The notes under the pieces are model-generated. The model saw only the letters and a program-made list of their open reading frames with translations. It was not told where the DNA came from and ran no database searches. Positions 48,678 through 64,000 of a DNA stretch of 64,000 nucleotides are shown one piece after another. The position numbers and the translations under genes are program-made. The stretch is from Octopus vulgaris (Eukaryota): positions 56,668,001 to 56,732,000 of the forward strand of contig OX597824.1 of assembly GCA_951406725.2 (NCBI GenBank). The letters run 5' to 3'. Each line of letters begins with the position of its first letter. The stretch's first letter is position 1.

Positions 48678-49055
48678 AAATTATATGGTTATGGACAACC
48701 ATACTATTATAGATATAGATAACGATTATAGATACGATTATAGAAAACTCTGGTTGTAACATCTGAGCCCGAGTCAGGCGCGTATGAACGATGTTGAGAG
48801 AACGTCTGCTACGAACGATATTTTTTGACACAGGGCACCTCTAAGATGACTGCCAGACGCTGAACAAACATAAATGAACTGCGACCAGGCTCAATCAAAG
48901 GAATCCGAGTTATTGGCGGAAATTACATACTTGAAGTCAGTGTTGGCAGAAATTAAATCCGCTTGCAAATACAGATTCACTTTACTAAATTTATACTTGG
49001 GCTAAGCCCGAATAGACCAAGTGTCGGAGTCACCACTGATATATATATATATATA

Positions 49056-49935
49056 TAGGGTGTCCCGAAATTAAGGCAACCGAAGTTACGGGCTTTAATA
49101 ACTATCAACATTGATGTATCAAGTATTAGAGGAGGATTTCAGGACCCACCACTACAAGGGGATCCGTCGTCATGAGCTCACACAAGTTTATAAGGCCATA
49201 GGACTGGAGAGAAGATGACTTATCCTGTGTCAGATTGCTGAAGGCACGCTGCCCAAACTGGTATTACTGATGAAATTTGACATCGAACAGACAATAAAGC
49301 ACCAGAATGACCGACTTCGGAGTGTATCTGGCTCCGTCGAGGATAGACTCGTAAAGAAACGTCAGTCAGTTATGATTTGGGTGGCTGTGACAGCCGCTGG
49401 AAGGTCTCCCCTCGCGATACATTAGCGACATTCTGGAAGCTGAACTGCCTCTATGGGCAAATGAGTACTTCCAATGTGTACCTTGGAGCCTCCAACAGGG
49501 ATAGCACCATTCTACATCCCCCCCCCAAAAAAAACAACAACACAATACTAGATTCAGAAAAACATTCTGTGAATCATAAACAAAGACGTATGGCCCCCAA
49601 GAAGCCCTGATCTCAATCCGTTGGATTTTTCTGTTTGATCCATTTTGAAGACGAGAGTCTCGAGCACTTCTCGTGCTTCGCTCAACGCTCTGAAGGCAAA
49701 ACTGAGCCAAGAATATGCTTCGATTCCACAAGAACAGTTGCATGCCACGTGTGAAGCATTCGTACCTAGACTTAAGGCTGTGATTCGAAACAGAGGTGAC
49801 TATCAAATAAATATGGTAGTGAAAAAATTGTGTTTTCTTTACAATTGTATTGCAACGCTCGGACCCGAAATGTAACAATATTTTGTTTTGGCAAAATTGA
49901 AAAAAAGTAGGTTGCCTTAAATTTGGGCCACCCTG
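49056..49935 (+). mobile_element. Internally deleted Tc1/mariner (maT/DD37D-like) transposon
   Basis: TIRs tagggtgtcccgaaattaaggcaacc / ggttgccttaaatttgggccaccctg in TA context; remnants TDEI.FDIEQ...QNDR and WPPRSPDLNPLDF. Confidence 0.85.
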
Positions 49936-50128
49936 TATATATATTAATATTGAGTCACTCTGTAGCTTCTGCTAAATATTAATAAAAACATACATAAACT
50001 CATATTTTGAGTTCTACTTTTCTTGTTTGAATCACTAGACCTGTATATATATTCATATTCATCAAAGCAGTGTTAACCACTCATTCTCATTGTTCGACAT
50101 TTACGCGTGTGTGTGTGTGCTTGTATGT

Positions 50129-50177
<49 letters not shown>

Positions 50178-50425
50178 TATGCATACATATATAAACGCTC
50201 GGACCTTGAGTCCCACTTTTAGTTCTGCTAAATATTAATGTGTGTGTGTGTGTGTATCAATTTGTGTTGCAAGATTCCTGGTGTGAAATCGTGTGCTAAA
50301 ACAGATATTGTTGTATTTCGGGATGGTAATTTTTTTTTGTTTTTTTCAAAATAAACACACGCACTATATATAATATTTGTTCGTTCACTCGTTTCTTACT
50401 GTTCTTATTTTAAGTCATGTCCATT

Positions 50426-50470
50426 GTCCGGAAATCTTTCGTCACACATCTGTGACCTCTTCAGCAACAC
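50426..50470 (-). ncRNA. Hammerhead motif, canonical C3:G8 relative of the 46.7-kb motif
   Basis: gttg-CTGAAGA-g-gtcac-agatgt-gtgac-GAAAGATTTC-cggac; stem I weakened. Confidence 0.6.
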
Positions 50471-51027
50471 TTTTCGTTTTGTGTGTGCTCTTTCTCCACT
50501 TCTATGATGTGTGTCTTTATATGCATATGCGTTTGCGTCCATGTGTGTGTGTGTATGTTTCTGTGTGTGTCAATGTTCTTAGCAGCAGTATGGCCTTCCC
50601 CTCAGCCCCATCCTCTTACCCCGATGTACTGCTGCTGTTCTAGGACCCGAAAATTTAGTAGAGTTCCTGTATCCCTCAGTGTTTGTGTGTTCACCCACGG
50701 TGTTGCCATCGTGGTAGTAGTTGTTGTTGCTATTGCCACGATTGTTACCCCTGCTGCTGCTGTCGTTGTTAGCCATGTTGCTGATATTGTTGCAGCCGTC
50801 TGTGAAGTTATTGATGTGTGTATGGGTTCGCTTCTTATGTTGTTTGTATCCATGCTCTTTATATAGATGTTTTTATGTATCACTATAGGCATAATGCTAG
50901 ATATAAAAGATAAGCCATTTGGGGCTAGAAATAAAGCGGAAAAACGTGAAATTATTTGAGCAGGCATATGTCTTATGCGAAATCTGTGATGAGCCCGAGT
51001 GACGCTGATGACCTGGAATCGCCTCTG

Positions 51028-51084
<57 letters not shown>

Positions 51085-51087
<3 letters not shown>

Positions 51088-52365
51088 GGTGCGGTGAATA
51101 GACTGTCGTCTAAATTACGCAAGAATGAAAATAACACTGATATCTCATTTTAACAAATACATTTGCCAAAATTACATTAAAATATCTTGAAATACTAAAG
51201 ATTAAATTTATTCAATAAAATCGCCATTGGCTTCAACCACTGCCTCCAGACGACTTCGGAATATCCTGCAACTCTTCTGGACGGTCTCCTTGTTTAAGTT
51301 GGTCAATGCTGTCATAATCCTTGCCTTCAGTTCATCTTTGGTGTTACAAGGAGTTTTGTTGGTCTGTCACTTAACTGCGCCCCACACACCATAATCAAAG
51401 GGGTTGCACAGTCTGGGGAGTTAGGTGGCCAGATGTTAGGGGTGATGTGGTCGCAGAAATTGTCTGACAGCCACGACTGGGTTCTCCTGCTTGTGTAGCA
51501 TGGTGCAGAGTCGTTTTGCCAGACATAAGGTCTTCCAGCAGCCACCCTCTTGACCTAAGGCAGCACCACCTCCTCCAGGCACTTGATGTAGGCTTCCGTG
51601 TTGAATCTGAGGCCATGTGGGAAGATGAATGGAGGCACAACGTCGCCATCACTATTTATCACTCCATGATGTTGACTGGATGTTTGATATTTGTCACTCT
51701 CGGTACATGTTTTGGGGACACGGCAAGCCGACGGTTGTTCTGTTTGTTCACCATCTGATCTTGGCAGTAATTTTTCTCGTCTGAGAGAAACCAAAGCATG
51801 TTCTGTTGGATTGGATGCTTGAGTTTGTTCAAAAGCTTTGTAGCGTGGTCTTTCCTCTTGTCCTTGATGGCTTGGGATAAAAATTGGCCCTTTTGTCATC
51901 TTGTATGAGGAATCCAGAATGTCTTCATGCACTACCTGCCTGATAAGAAGCTCCCTGGCGATGCACTCAATTGACTCGGAGGGATCCTTGTCAATCATGG
52001 CCTGGATCTCACCAACAAATTCAGGAATTATTTTCTTATCTGAACGACCAGAGCGAGTTCTCCGAGCTGTCGTACCGTCGTAATAACCATTAGACTCATC
52101 CAACTCTTTCTGAATCTTCTTCACTGTCCTCAGATTGACATCTGAACACCGAAATGTTCGTATTTGAGCTACCAGCGTGAATGCCAAGCAGTACAGCATG
52201 TCGTTTCCAAATTTTTGGCAGAGTGAATCGCGTCATGGTGCTGCTATTCTCAAAGGCGATTCTCAACTGACCCTACTATACTGCATAGTCGATAAAATCA
52301 AAGACAAAGCAATGTGCATGTGCAAAATAAAAAATATAAGATAGCGGCAATTTATCCATCTCACC

Positions 52366-52368
<3 letters not shown>
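51085..52368 (-). mobile_element. Full-length maT/DD37D-like Tc1/mariner transposon, disrupted
   Basis: TIRs cagggtgcggtgaatagactg / caatttatccatctcaccctg inside (TA)n. Motifs FSDEK...NKQNNR, YVWQNDSAPC, WPPNSPDC. Confidence 0.9.
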
Positions 52369-52403
<35 letters not shown>

Positions 52404-52407
<4 letters not shown>

Positions 52408-52905
52408 TGCGTAATATATTTGAGGACAGATTTATGTTTATAAAAAACCCCAGATATATTATAACTGATAATAACTTTATCAAAGGTGCTATGGGGATAA
52501 AAATAAACCTTCTTTTCAACAATGTTATTCAATAAAACCACCTCCAGCTTCAACAATGGCTTCTAGATGAGATCTAAATCATCTACATGCTCGAATCAAG
52601 TAGTCCTGGCTCATTTTGGACATTACTGTGACTATGGCAGCTTTCAAAGAATCTTTGGTGTTATAAGCGTGTTCATTAACCTCTCTCGCAAAAACGTTCC
52701 ACATGTAATAGTCCAATGGATTGACATCTAGGGAATTAGGAGGCCAAATATTAGGGGTTATGTGATCATGAAAACTTCTAGCCATCCATTCCTGTGTGAT
52801 AGTGCAGAGTCTTACTGAAAGATATATGGCTTTCCATTGTATACCCTGTCTATCCAGGGCTTAACAATTATTTCCGGGACCTCAATGTAGGCGGCAGAGT
52901 TAACT
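52404..52905 (-). mobile_element. 3' fragment of another maT-like transposon
   Basis: NIWPPNSLDVNPLDYYMW...LKAAI...LIRACR. Confidence 0.8.
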
Positions 52906-53041
52906 CTAGGACCTTGTGGGAAGAAGTAAGGGGTCTTTACATGTCCTCCATTGCTGTTCCCGTTCGTCGGACAGTCCGGCGAACGGGAACGTGAAACTCT
53001 GAGTAACAGCTTTTGTTAAATTTCTGCTGCTTTTAAATAAA

Positions 53042-53104
<63 letters not shown>

Positions 53105-53261
53105 CTCATCTTCAAGAAGAATGACTAAATGGGATCAAAACTAGAAAAATTGTTGAATACGAGAATATCCATGGTATGGACAACAAAACGAGAACAATAT
53201 AGATCAGTGGGATAAATAAAGGTTTAGTTTGAAATTCGAAGAAATTTACTAAATCCGACGA

Positions 53262-53304
53262 ACCCTTGAAGATGGCGGAAGGGTAGTAGGGCTGAAATGT
53301 TGTG
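53262..53304 (+). ncRNA. Degenerate hammerhead motif related to the SINE tail at 5.7 kb
   Basis: cttgaagatggcggaagggtagtagggctgaaatgttgtg with flanks (gaaattt...aacaatcaag) paralleling 5697-5768. Confidence 0.4.
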
Positions 53305-53539
53305 ACTATAACAATCAAGCTTTCTCAGCCAATCTAGTTTTGTTCTGTGTAGATGTTCGCTGTAAGTAAATGGTGACTTGGCGAAAATCGTCATACGTCG
53401 AACACATGTGACTCATATACATTTGAAGTCGTGAAGCTTACAACTTTGCAACGTAATTTTAAAATCACATTGCCCTTTGTCCTTTTCTTCCTACTTCTAT
53501 GAGGTAGATAAAAACAGAGATAGGTAAATAAATATATAG

Positions 53540-55660
<2,121 letters not shown>

Positions 55661-55927
55661 ACGGAAAAAAGCCCGGCTGTACAGCGACGTTTAGTTTCCG
55701 TAGAAAGATTGGCCGGAAGTCGGTATTCTCAGTTGAGCAGATCGAATGCAAAGGAAGTGTCAAGTCATTATCTGTGGTTAGCTTGAGGCTCTTTCTCCAC
55801 CACAAAGCCAACCTTCGTACATATGAGACATTGTTCAATTCCCATAATGCACTAGCTGTCGACGACTTTTGAATTTTCATCCATTCAATTATTGGCTGAT
55901 TTCTTGTTCGTTCTATTACTGTTGTCC

Positions 55928-57150
55928 TACATACATACATACATACATACATACATACATACATACATACATACATACATACATACATGCATACATACAC
56001 ACAGACATACATACGTACGTACATACATACATACATACATACATACATACATGCATACATACATACATACATACATACATACATGCATACATGCATGCAT
56101 ACATACATACATACATACATGCATACATACATGCATACATACTCACAGACATACATACGTAGTACATACATACATGCATACATACACACATACATACATA
56201 CATACATACATACATACATACATACATACATGCATACATACATACATACATATGTACACATACTGATATACACACATGCATATATATGTATACATACTTA
56301 TACTCACACATATATATATATAATATAAATACATACACACACACACATATATATATATACATATACATACATACATACATACATACATGCATACATGCAT
56401 ACATACATACATGCATACATACATGCACACATACTCACAGACATACATACGTAGTACATACATACATGCATACATACACACATACATACATACATACATA
56501 CATACATACATACATGTGTACACATACTGATATACACACATGCATATATATGTATACATACTTATACTCACATATATATATAATATAAATACATACACAC
56601 ACACACATATATATATATATACATATACATACATACATACATACATGCATACATGCATACATACATACATACATACATGCATACATACATGCATACATAC
56701 TCACAGACATACATACGTAGTACATACATACATGCATACATACATACATACATACATACATACATACATGTGTACACATACTGATATACACACATGCATA
56801 TATATGTATACATACTTATACTCACACATATATATATATATAATATAAATACATACACACACACACACACATATATATATACATATACATACATACATAC
56901 ATACATACATGCATGCATACATACATACATACATGCATACATACATGCATACATACTCACAGACATACATACGTAGTACATACATACATGCATACATACA
57001 CACATACATACATACATACATACATACATACATACATGTGTACACATACTGATATACACACATGCATATATATGTATACATACTTATACTCACACATATA
57101 TATATATAATATAAATACATACATACACACATATATATATATATACATAT
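55928..57150. repeat. Higher-order minisatellite (~255-290-bp unit, four copies) built from CATA/TA microsatellite
   Basis: Anchor actcacagacatacatacgtagtac at ~56141, 56433, 56699, 56955; anchor ctgatatacacacatgc at ~56263, 56528, 56781, 57049. Confidence 0.85.
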
Positions 57151-57764
57151 ACATATATATACATACACACACATATATGTATATATACATACATACATAT
57201 AAATATATATACATATACACACACATATATATATACATACACACTCACATATATACATACATACACACACATATATACGTATATATATATATACACACAC
57301 ATATATATACATATACACACATATATACATATATATATGCACAGACATAAATATACATATATATATATGTATATACATATATACACACACACATATATAT
57401 ATATATATACACACACAGGCGCAAATATATATATATATATACACATATACACGCACACACACATATATATACATACACACATACACACATATCTACACAC
57501 ACATGCATACACACGCGCACGCGCATTTATTGCTATATCTAAAATTCATTCTCTCCTTCCTATTTGAATTAATTAAACATTGCTCTCTCTCGCTCTCTCT
57601 TTCCCTCTCTATATCTTTAAGTCATCTTTTGCTCTTACTCTCTTAGGTTCTAGTTCTTTCATGCCACGATTTAGTGTTAAATTTTCTGTTTTTCTTGATT
57701 TTTTACTCTGTGTTTATATATGAATGTATGTATGTATGTATGTATGTATGTATGTATGTATGTA

Positions 57765-58480
57765 TGGCACCGACCCTATTTTCCATATATTTTGCGATGG
57801 TGTTCTGTATTGCATTCAGAAACTGCAGATACGGTGTTTACGTCCATTATGGCAGCATATTTAATATCAGGCACCTTGCTGCAAAAACAAAGGTGGGTCT
57901 CATATCGATACCACCTTAAACAACTGGAACGTTTCCATCAGATGTGCCTCAGACGGATCTATGGCATTAAGTAGAAGGACCGCATCAGTGATCTTGAAAT
58001 ATTGGAAGGATCTCGGTGTGAAAGTATAGAAGCTCTTGTGTTAAAGCAAAGGCTCAGATGGAGTGGTCATCTGGTCAGGATGAAAGATTCAAGGATGCCA
58101 AAACAACTCTTTTATGGAGAGTTAGCTAAAGGAGAACGACCTCCACATAAACCAAAAAAGAGGTATAACGACTTGCTGAAGGCTTCCTTACGAGATGCTT
58201 GCATCTCTCCTGACACATGGGAAGGCATACCTATTGATCGTAGCAGGTGGAGAAGGATTGTGCACGAGGAGACAGCCACTTTTGAGAAATCTAGTGTTGC
58301 ACATGAGAAAGTAAGGAGGGATGTCAGGATCGCTGTTACATTTCCAGATGGGAAAGGTCTTCCTTTGATGCTGACATGCAATGTCTGTGCAAGACCCTGC
58401 CTCAGTAAAGCTAGACTCAAGAGTCATCTTCGTAGTCATAAAGCGAGACAGATGAGTGACAACCTGGTGGTGGTGTAACA
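57765..58480 (+). mobile_element. RTE LINE 3' fragment with internal deletion
   Basis: APTLFSIYF...GSIFNIRHL jumps to LERFHQMCLRRI, then RLRWSGH, MPKQLFYGEL and C2H2 finger CNVC...HLRSH. Confidence 0.88.
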
Positions 58481-59534
58481 CACCATACTAATCATATCTG
58501 TCAGGCATGTGGAAGAGAGTGTAATTCGGCAGGAGGACTTAAACGACATGTAAAGGTACATGAAGCCCAGTTACAACTACAGCCGGCTATTACCGGTAAA
58601 GGTTTTAGTTGCCAATTTTGTACAAGACATTGTAGATCTTTAGCTGGGCTAAAAAGTCACATTTGATCACAGCACCTGTAACTGTTAAGCTTCGTGCAAT
58701 GGCCATACTCGATAACGAGGGGGCAGCCATAATGTATGTATGTATGTATGTATGTATGTATGTATGTATGTATGTATGTATGTATGTATGTATGTATGCA
58801 TGCATGCATGCATGCATGTATGTATGTATGTATGTATGTATGTATGCATGCATGTATGCATGTATGTGTGTATGCATATATGTATGTATGTATGTATGCA
58901 TGTATGTATGTATGCATGTATGTATGTATACATGTATATATGTATGTATGTATTCTATCTGTCTATCCATCACACAACAGTCAAGCGCGCATTAAAACAC
59001 GTGGGCACTCACATACATGGTACACAAAGGCACAAAAGAGAAATGCATCCACCCACACATACTCAGACATACACATTTTCTAATGTAATTTTGTATGATT
59101 TCGAAGTTGTATTTGCAAGCGTGTCTATTCACTTTACGGAGAAATGATAAAGAATTAAATATATTAATCAGTAAATTTGCGTATTTCAGCGAAATCTTGC
59201 ACAAATATACAAACCCCGATGATATCATGGCATCAAGCATTGTGTAAATGATCAATTCAACTGGAGAGGAGACAACAACGATCATCAGAACGTTATTTGG
59301 TTTCCTTCCCGACATCTCCTTCTCAGTTAAATGTATTATCTCCTCGATGTGGGTAATAAAGTCCCTACGCTTTAAGTTCTATTCTTGAGCTACTTATGGC
59401 TTGAAATGAAATTTATATGACATGAAATTTCAGACAATCAGAGATTCAGAAGAAGATAAAGGTACTGGAAATAAGACTTTGGAAATACAGTCATTGGAAA
59501 TAATATGTTACTGTAAGATTTTTTAATATTTACT

Positions 59535-59672
59535 ATTTCAAATTCCGCCGAGGTTAACTTTGCCTTTCATCCTTTTGGGGGGTCGATAAATTAAGTACCA
59601 GTTACATACTGGGGTTGATCTAATCGACTGCCTCCCCCCAAATTTCGGGCCTTGTGCCTAAATAGAAAAGAA
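59535..59672 (+). mobile_element. Meta-domain SINE, 3' part
   Basis: ttcaaattccgccgaggttaactttgcctttcatcc...ggtcgataaattaagtacc. Confidence 0.8.
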
Positions 59673-60848
59673 TATTTACTACTTTGACTACATCCCGAAT
59701 GAGCTGGTTTGTGAAACCGTCTATCATCAGAAAGCTGAAATGGTAAGGCCACGTAACAAGATTTAATGACATTGCAAAAAACGCTCTTCATGGAACCGTG
59801 GAAGGGAAACCGTAGAGGCAGATAGAGAAAAAGGTGGACGAGCGTAACCAAGTTATGGGCGGAGAAATCAACGGAGGCCAGAGCTTTGGCAATTAAAGCC
59901 GACACATGCAGAATAGTGTTGTATAATATATTACACCAGTGTCCCCATGACTTCACCGGAAGCTGAGAACTGAAGACAAGACATACACACAATGACGCAC
60001 GCACCCTCCCCCAAACGTACCTGTATTTATGTACACTCAAACACTGATGCACACACACACGCATATATAGGTAAGTACGTAATATACGCACACACATACA
60101 AACATATACAAGTAAGTATATTTATACATGTATGCCTCACCCATACATACATAAGAGTAATTTCATAATACAGATACACACACATGTACATGTGTGTGTC
60201 TTTGTGTCTGTGTTTACGTCCCTGTACTTAGCGGTCTGGCAAAAGAGCCAGATAGAATACGTACCAGGCTTAAGAAAAACTAATTACTGGGGTCGATTCA
60301 TTCGACTAAATATTCTTCAAGGAAATGCCCCAGCAAGGCTGCTGTCTAATGATTGAAGCAAGTAAAAGATAAAAACTACAAGATATATACACACAGGTGT
60401 ATATGCATGTGTGTGAATGTGTATATGAGTGTGTGTACATTTCAGAATACGGAGAGTATTTTTTATTTATATTTATGCTCCTTTATAGTAAAGTGAAAGA
60501 ACGTAGAATAAAGTACTCTGTTTAGGGGTTTACATGGGATATGCATTCATGAATCATTAGAAGCATTAGACCGACACATTACTTCTCATTTTACATGCAT
60601 GCATACATATGATGAATATATATGTACATCCATATACATATGCACATATGAAATTTTGTTTCTTTTTCTCACAGGATTTCCGGTAATGCATTCTGGATCT
60701 CGAAAAATGCGAAGGGGTGTAGCTCTTATATTGTTGGGGAATAATATATTTCATTTGCATTGGAAAAAATAAGTAAATAGATTCCTTGGATATGAAATAT
60801 TCAAGATGTATTTATCATAAACAGACTATATCATTTAGTATATATATA

Positions 60849-61230
60849 GGCGTAGGAGTGGTTGTATGATAAGTAGCTTGCTTACCAACCACATGGTTCC
60901 GGGTTCAGTCCCACTGCGTGGAACCTTGGGCAAGTGTCTTCTACTATAGCCTCGGACCGACCAAAGCCTTGTGAGTGGATTTGGTAGAAGAAACTGAAAG
61001 AAGCCCGTCGTATATAAGTATATATATGTATGTGTGTCTGCGTTTGTCCCCCCAACATCGCTTGACAACCGATGCTGGTGTGTTTACGTCCCCGTAACTT
61101 AGCGGTTCGGCAAAAGACCCGATAGATTATGTACTAAGCTTACAAAGAATAAGTCCTGGGGTCGATTTGCTCGACTAAAGGCGGTGCTCCAGCATGGCCA
61201 CAGTCAAATGACTGAAACAAGTAAAAGAAT
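60849..61230 (+). mobile_element. Full-length abundant tRNA-derived SINE
   Basis: tRNA-like head ggcgtaggagtggttg...ccgggttcagtccc, accttgggcaagt core, internal TA/TG repeat, tail gactgaaacaagtaaaag. Further fragments at ~60190-60372 and ~29575-29630. Confidence 0.88.
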
Positions 61231-61345
61231 ATATATATATATATAGTTAATCATGTATGTATATATATATATACACATACATATACATTTTGTACATATA
61301 TGTATATGTTCGTGGATTGCAATGTGCTGTGTGTATATATATGTA

Positions 61346-61393
<48 letters not shown>

Positions 61394-61611
61394 CACACAT
61401 ATATATATTTATTTATATATACAGACACACACACGTATATGTATGTATGTATATTCATGTACACACGTTGATACATTTCAGTTATCTGCCAGGATTGAAA
61501 AAAATGTAAATGTAAGTCTGTTTACTTCGTTTGATACAAATCACTTCATCTTGGTGAAGACAGCTAAGTAACACTAATTCAAACATTGTTGTATTATCAT
61601 GGTTGTTTTTA

Positions 61612-61614
61612 TTA

Positions 61615-61672
<58 letters not shown>

Positions 61673-61732
61673 TATTATTATTGTTGTTGTTGTTGTTGTT
61701 ATTATTATTATTATTAATTGTTATTGTGTTGG

Positions 61733-61803
<71 letters not shown>

Positions 61804-61862
61804 ATAATAATAATAACCACCACCACCACCACAATGATAATAATGTTCATGATGATGGTAAT
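61612..61862. repeat. Compound (TTA)/(TTG)/(CTA)/(TAA)/(CCA) trinucleotide array
   Basis: Directly visible. Confidence 0.95.
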
Positions 61863-62715
61863 GATAGCTTCCACGTTCCCATAGCATCATAGCATCAAAA
61901 GAAGAAATTTTACAGAACAAGAAACGATACACACACACACACACCCTGAGGGGGTAGGAGCGAGGAGGTGGAGAGAGAAAGGGGGAGAGAGAAAGAGAGA
62001 GAGAAAGACAGAGAGAGAGAAGGAGATAATGGAAGACTACTGCTGATATTTCTACTACTACTACTACTACTACTAAAATTGTGTTTAGGGTGTGGTATAC
62101 ATTTATATTTATCATCTATATAAATTGCCTTGATAACATTCTTTAACTTTTCCTACAGAATAAATGTAAAGAACAACAACAACAATGGCAGCAACAACAA
62201 ACATTCCTGTTACTACGTCCACGACAACCCCATCAACTGATGAATGCGGAAAGTTTATGAAATTCATCTTTGTAGGTCCATACAGGCTAGGTTTTCATCC
62301 TCTGCCTTATCACATCCAATCAGTGTCTTTCAACACTTACCGTCTGTATATAGCTAACTCCCTCACACCCTCTTAATACTGCAATCAATTGATGATTATC
62401 AATAAAAGCCTGATACATTTACAGGTTCCATGAAATACACACATGGCAATCTCTCTATCGGCTTACTCATATAGTGATAGATGCAGTCATGCGCACAAAT
62501 GTGTTATGAGCATTCTTAGTTACATGCATTATGTGGAAACATACAAATGTAATTTTGAATGTAAAGAAAATAGTTACTTATACAGAACGCAGCAAAAATA
62601 TCTCACATTTATCATTTTTGGTAAACGTGTGAGCAGTAAACGTACGATATGCACCACTACAAGCCATGATCACAAAAAAGCAAAAAAAAAGCCCCGCGTT
62701 AAAACGTTAATTATA

Positions 62716-62910
62716 CCAGAAGTTCTCAACTGGGGTCCAAATGACCCCTGAGTGTCTTTTAGGGGTCCATGCAAGCAAAATAGTTAATTGGGGACCATGA
62801 AAGATTTTGATTTCGATGTATTTATTGCAAGAAACAGAAAAATTTATTTCTCTAATGTGTTATATAGTTCAAACTACACAAGTGAATTTGCTTCCTATGC
62901 AACCCAGAAA
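62716..62910 (+). mobile_element. Possible hAT-type MITE end
   Basis: cagaagttctcaactggggtcc...aggggtccat resembles CAGxGGTTCTCAAC hAT termini; no matching second end found. Confidence 0.4.
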
Positions 62911-63313
62911 ATATCACATAATCACACAAAACTAATCACTAAAGGAAAAAAGAGTTCATCTCATGCTGCAGGCACCAAAGTAAATTAAGCCTAACAAAAT
63001 GGTCGAAATCCTAAACTATATAATCACTATTTAGAATTTGGAAAACGGAGACTATGCGAAAGCTCGTCGTATATTCGCATGTATGTTTATATACGCGCTT
63101 GTGTATGTGAGTGTGTGTGTGTGTGTGTGTGTGTCATGTTTACGTCTTTGTAACTAAAATTAAAACCGCCAGTCTCCGTTTTCCAAATTCCAAATGGTGA
63201 TTATCATGTTTAGGGTTTCGACCATTTTGTTAGGCTTAATTTACTTTGGTGCCTGCAGCGTGAGATGAACTCTTTCTTCGTTTAGTGATTAGTTTTGTGT
63301 GATTATGTGATAT
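62911..63313. repeat. Diverged inverted repeat, ~143-bp arms with 117-bp spacer
   Basis: 62911-63053 versus 63171-63313; the same peptide ISHNHTKLITK..KSSSHAAGTKVN appears on both strands in the ORF track. Confidence 0.9.
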
Positions 63314-63324
63314 ATAATAATAAA

Positions 63325-63472
63325 AATGTTTCAAACTTTGGCACAAGGCCAGCAATATTAGGGGTAGGGATTTAGTCAATAGCATCGAATGGTACTTTAT
63401 TTTATTGATCTCAGAGGAATGAAAAGCAAAGTTGACCACGGCGTAATAGAATATTAGAATAATAATAATGAA

Positions 63473-63506
<34 letters not shown>

Positions 63507-63515
63507 TTGGTGATG

Positions 63516-63565
<50 letters not shown>

Positions 63566-63976
63566 CCTTTCTACTAAAGTTACAAAGCTTGAAATTTGTG
63601 GGGTGGGGACAAGTTGGTTACATTGATCTCAATGTTTCACTGGTACTTAATTTACCAACCCCGAAAGGATGAAAGGCAAAGCCGACGTCGATGGAATTTG
63701 AACTCAGAATGTAAAGACGGACGAAATGCCGCTAAACATTTTGTGCGGCGGGCTAACGATTCAGCCAGCTCTCCCTCTTGATAATAAGGATAAATGTTTC
63801 AAATTTTGCCACAAGGGCAGCAATTTTGGGGAAGGGGATGATTCAATTAAATCGATCCCAGTGTTCAACTGGTACTATTTTATCGATACCGAAAGGATGA
63901 AAGGCAAAGTCGACCTCGGCGGAGTTTGAAGTCAGATCGTAAAGACGGAAGAAATGCGGCTACCGATTCTGCTAGA
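63325..63976 (-). mobile_element. Three tandem Meta-domain SINE copies separated by (TAA)/(TGA)n
   Basis: Reverse-complement copies at ~63325-63445, 63565-63780 and 63790-63976. Confidence 0.85.
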
Positions 63977-64000
63977 TTATGTATGTGCATAATAATATAG

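Noticed and set aside
48835-49040. Long-range stem gact..gacgc / gtgtc..agtc after CTAAGA
   Set aside because: Lacks GAAA and a proper core; insufficient for a ribozyme call.
55928-57150. Repeat-spacer appearance reminiscent of a CRISPR array
   Set aside because: The spacers are simple repeats, the context is eukaryotic and no cas genes are present.
60655-62280. Isolated acceptor-like sites (ctcacag at ~60673, cctacag at ~62158)
   Set aside because: No convincing exon or reading frame; expected by chance in AT-rich DNA.

Overview
This is repeat-saturated animal DNA, intergenic or deep intronic. The SINE families, LINE mix and very dense microsatellites suggest an octopus (coleoid cephalopod); that is inferred, not verified. 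I found no intact host gene, rRNA, true tRNA or CRISPR array, and most ORFs in the track are microsatellite artefacts. Recognisable content: a near-full-length Neptune-type Penelope-like element (PLE) with pseudo-LTRs (35.4-39.9 kb); Naiad-type PLE pieces (6.4 kb, 34.3-34.7 kb); two decayed Ty3/Gypsy elements; five RTE LINEs; a stack of R4/Dong-like and Tx1/L1-like LINEs in (TAA)n repeats (17.9-29.1 kb); a Tigger/pogo element; three maT-like Tc1/mariner elements; a Helitron helicase fragment; and several tRNA-derived SINE families. The most notable hidden layer is about a dozen type-I hammerhead-ribozyme (HHR) motifs on both strands. They include one fused to a tRNA-headed SINE, one with a G3:C8 core swap inside an apparently perfect 135-bp inverted repeat, one with an A6U core, several with long stem II insertions, and one beside an RT-less GIY-YIG endonuclease. 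All ribozyme calls come from reading base pairing by eye, activity is untested, and element boundaries are approximate.
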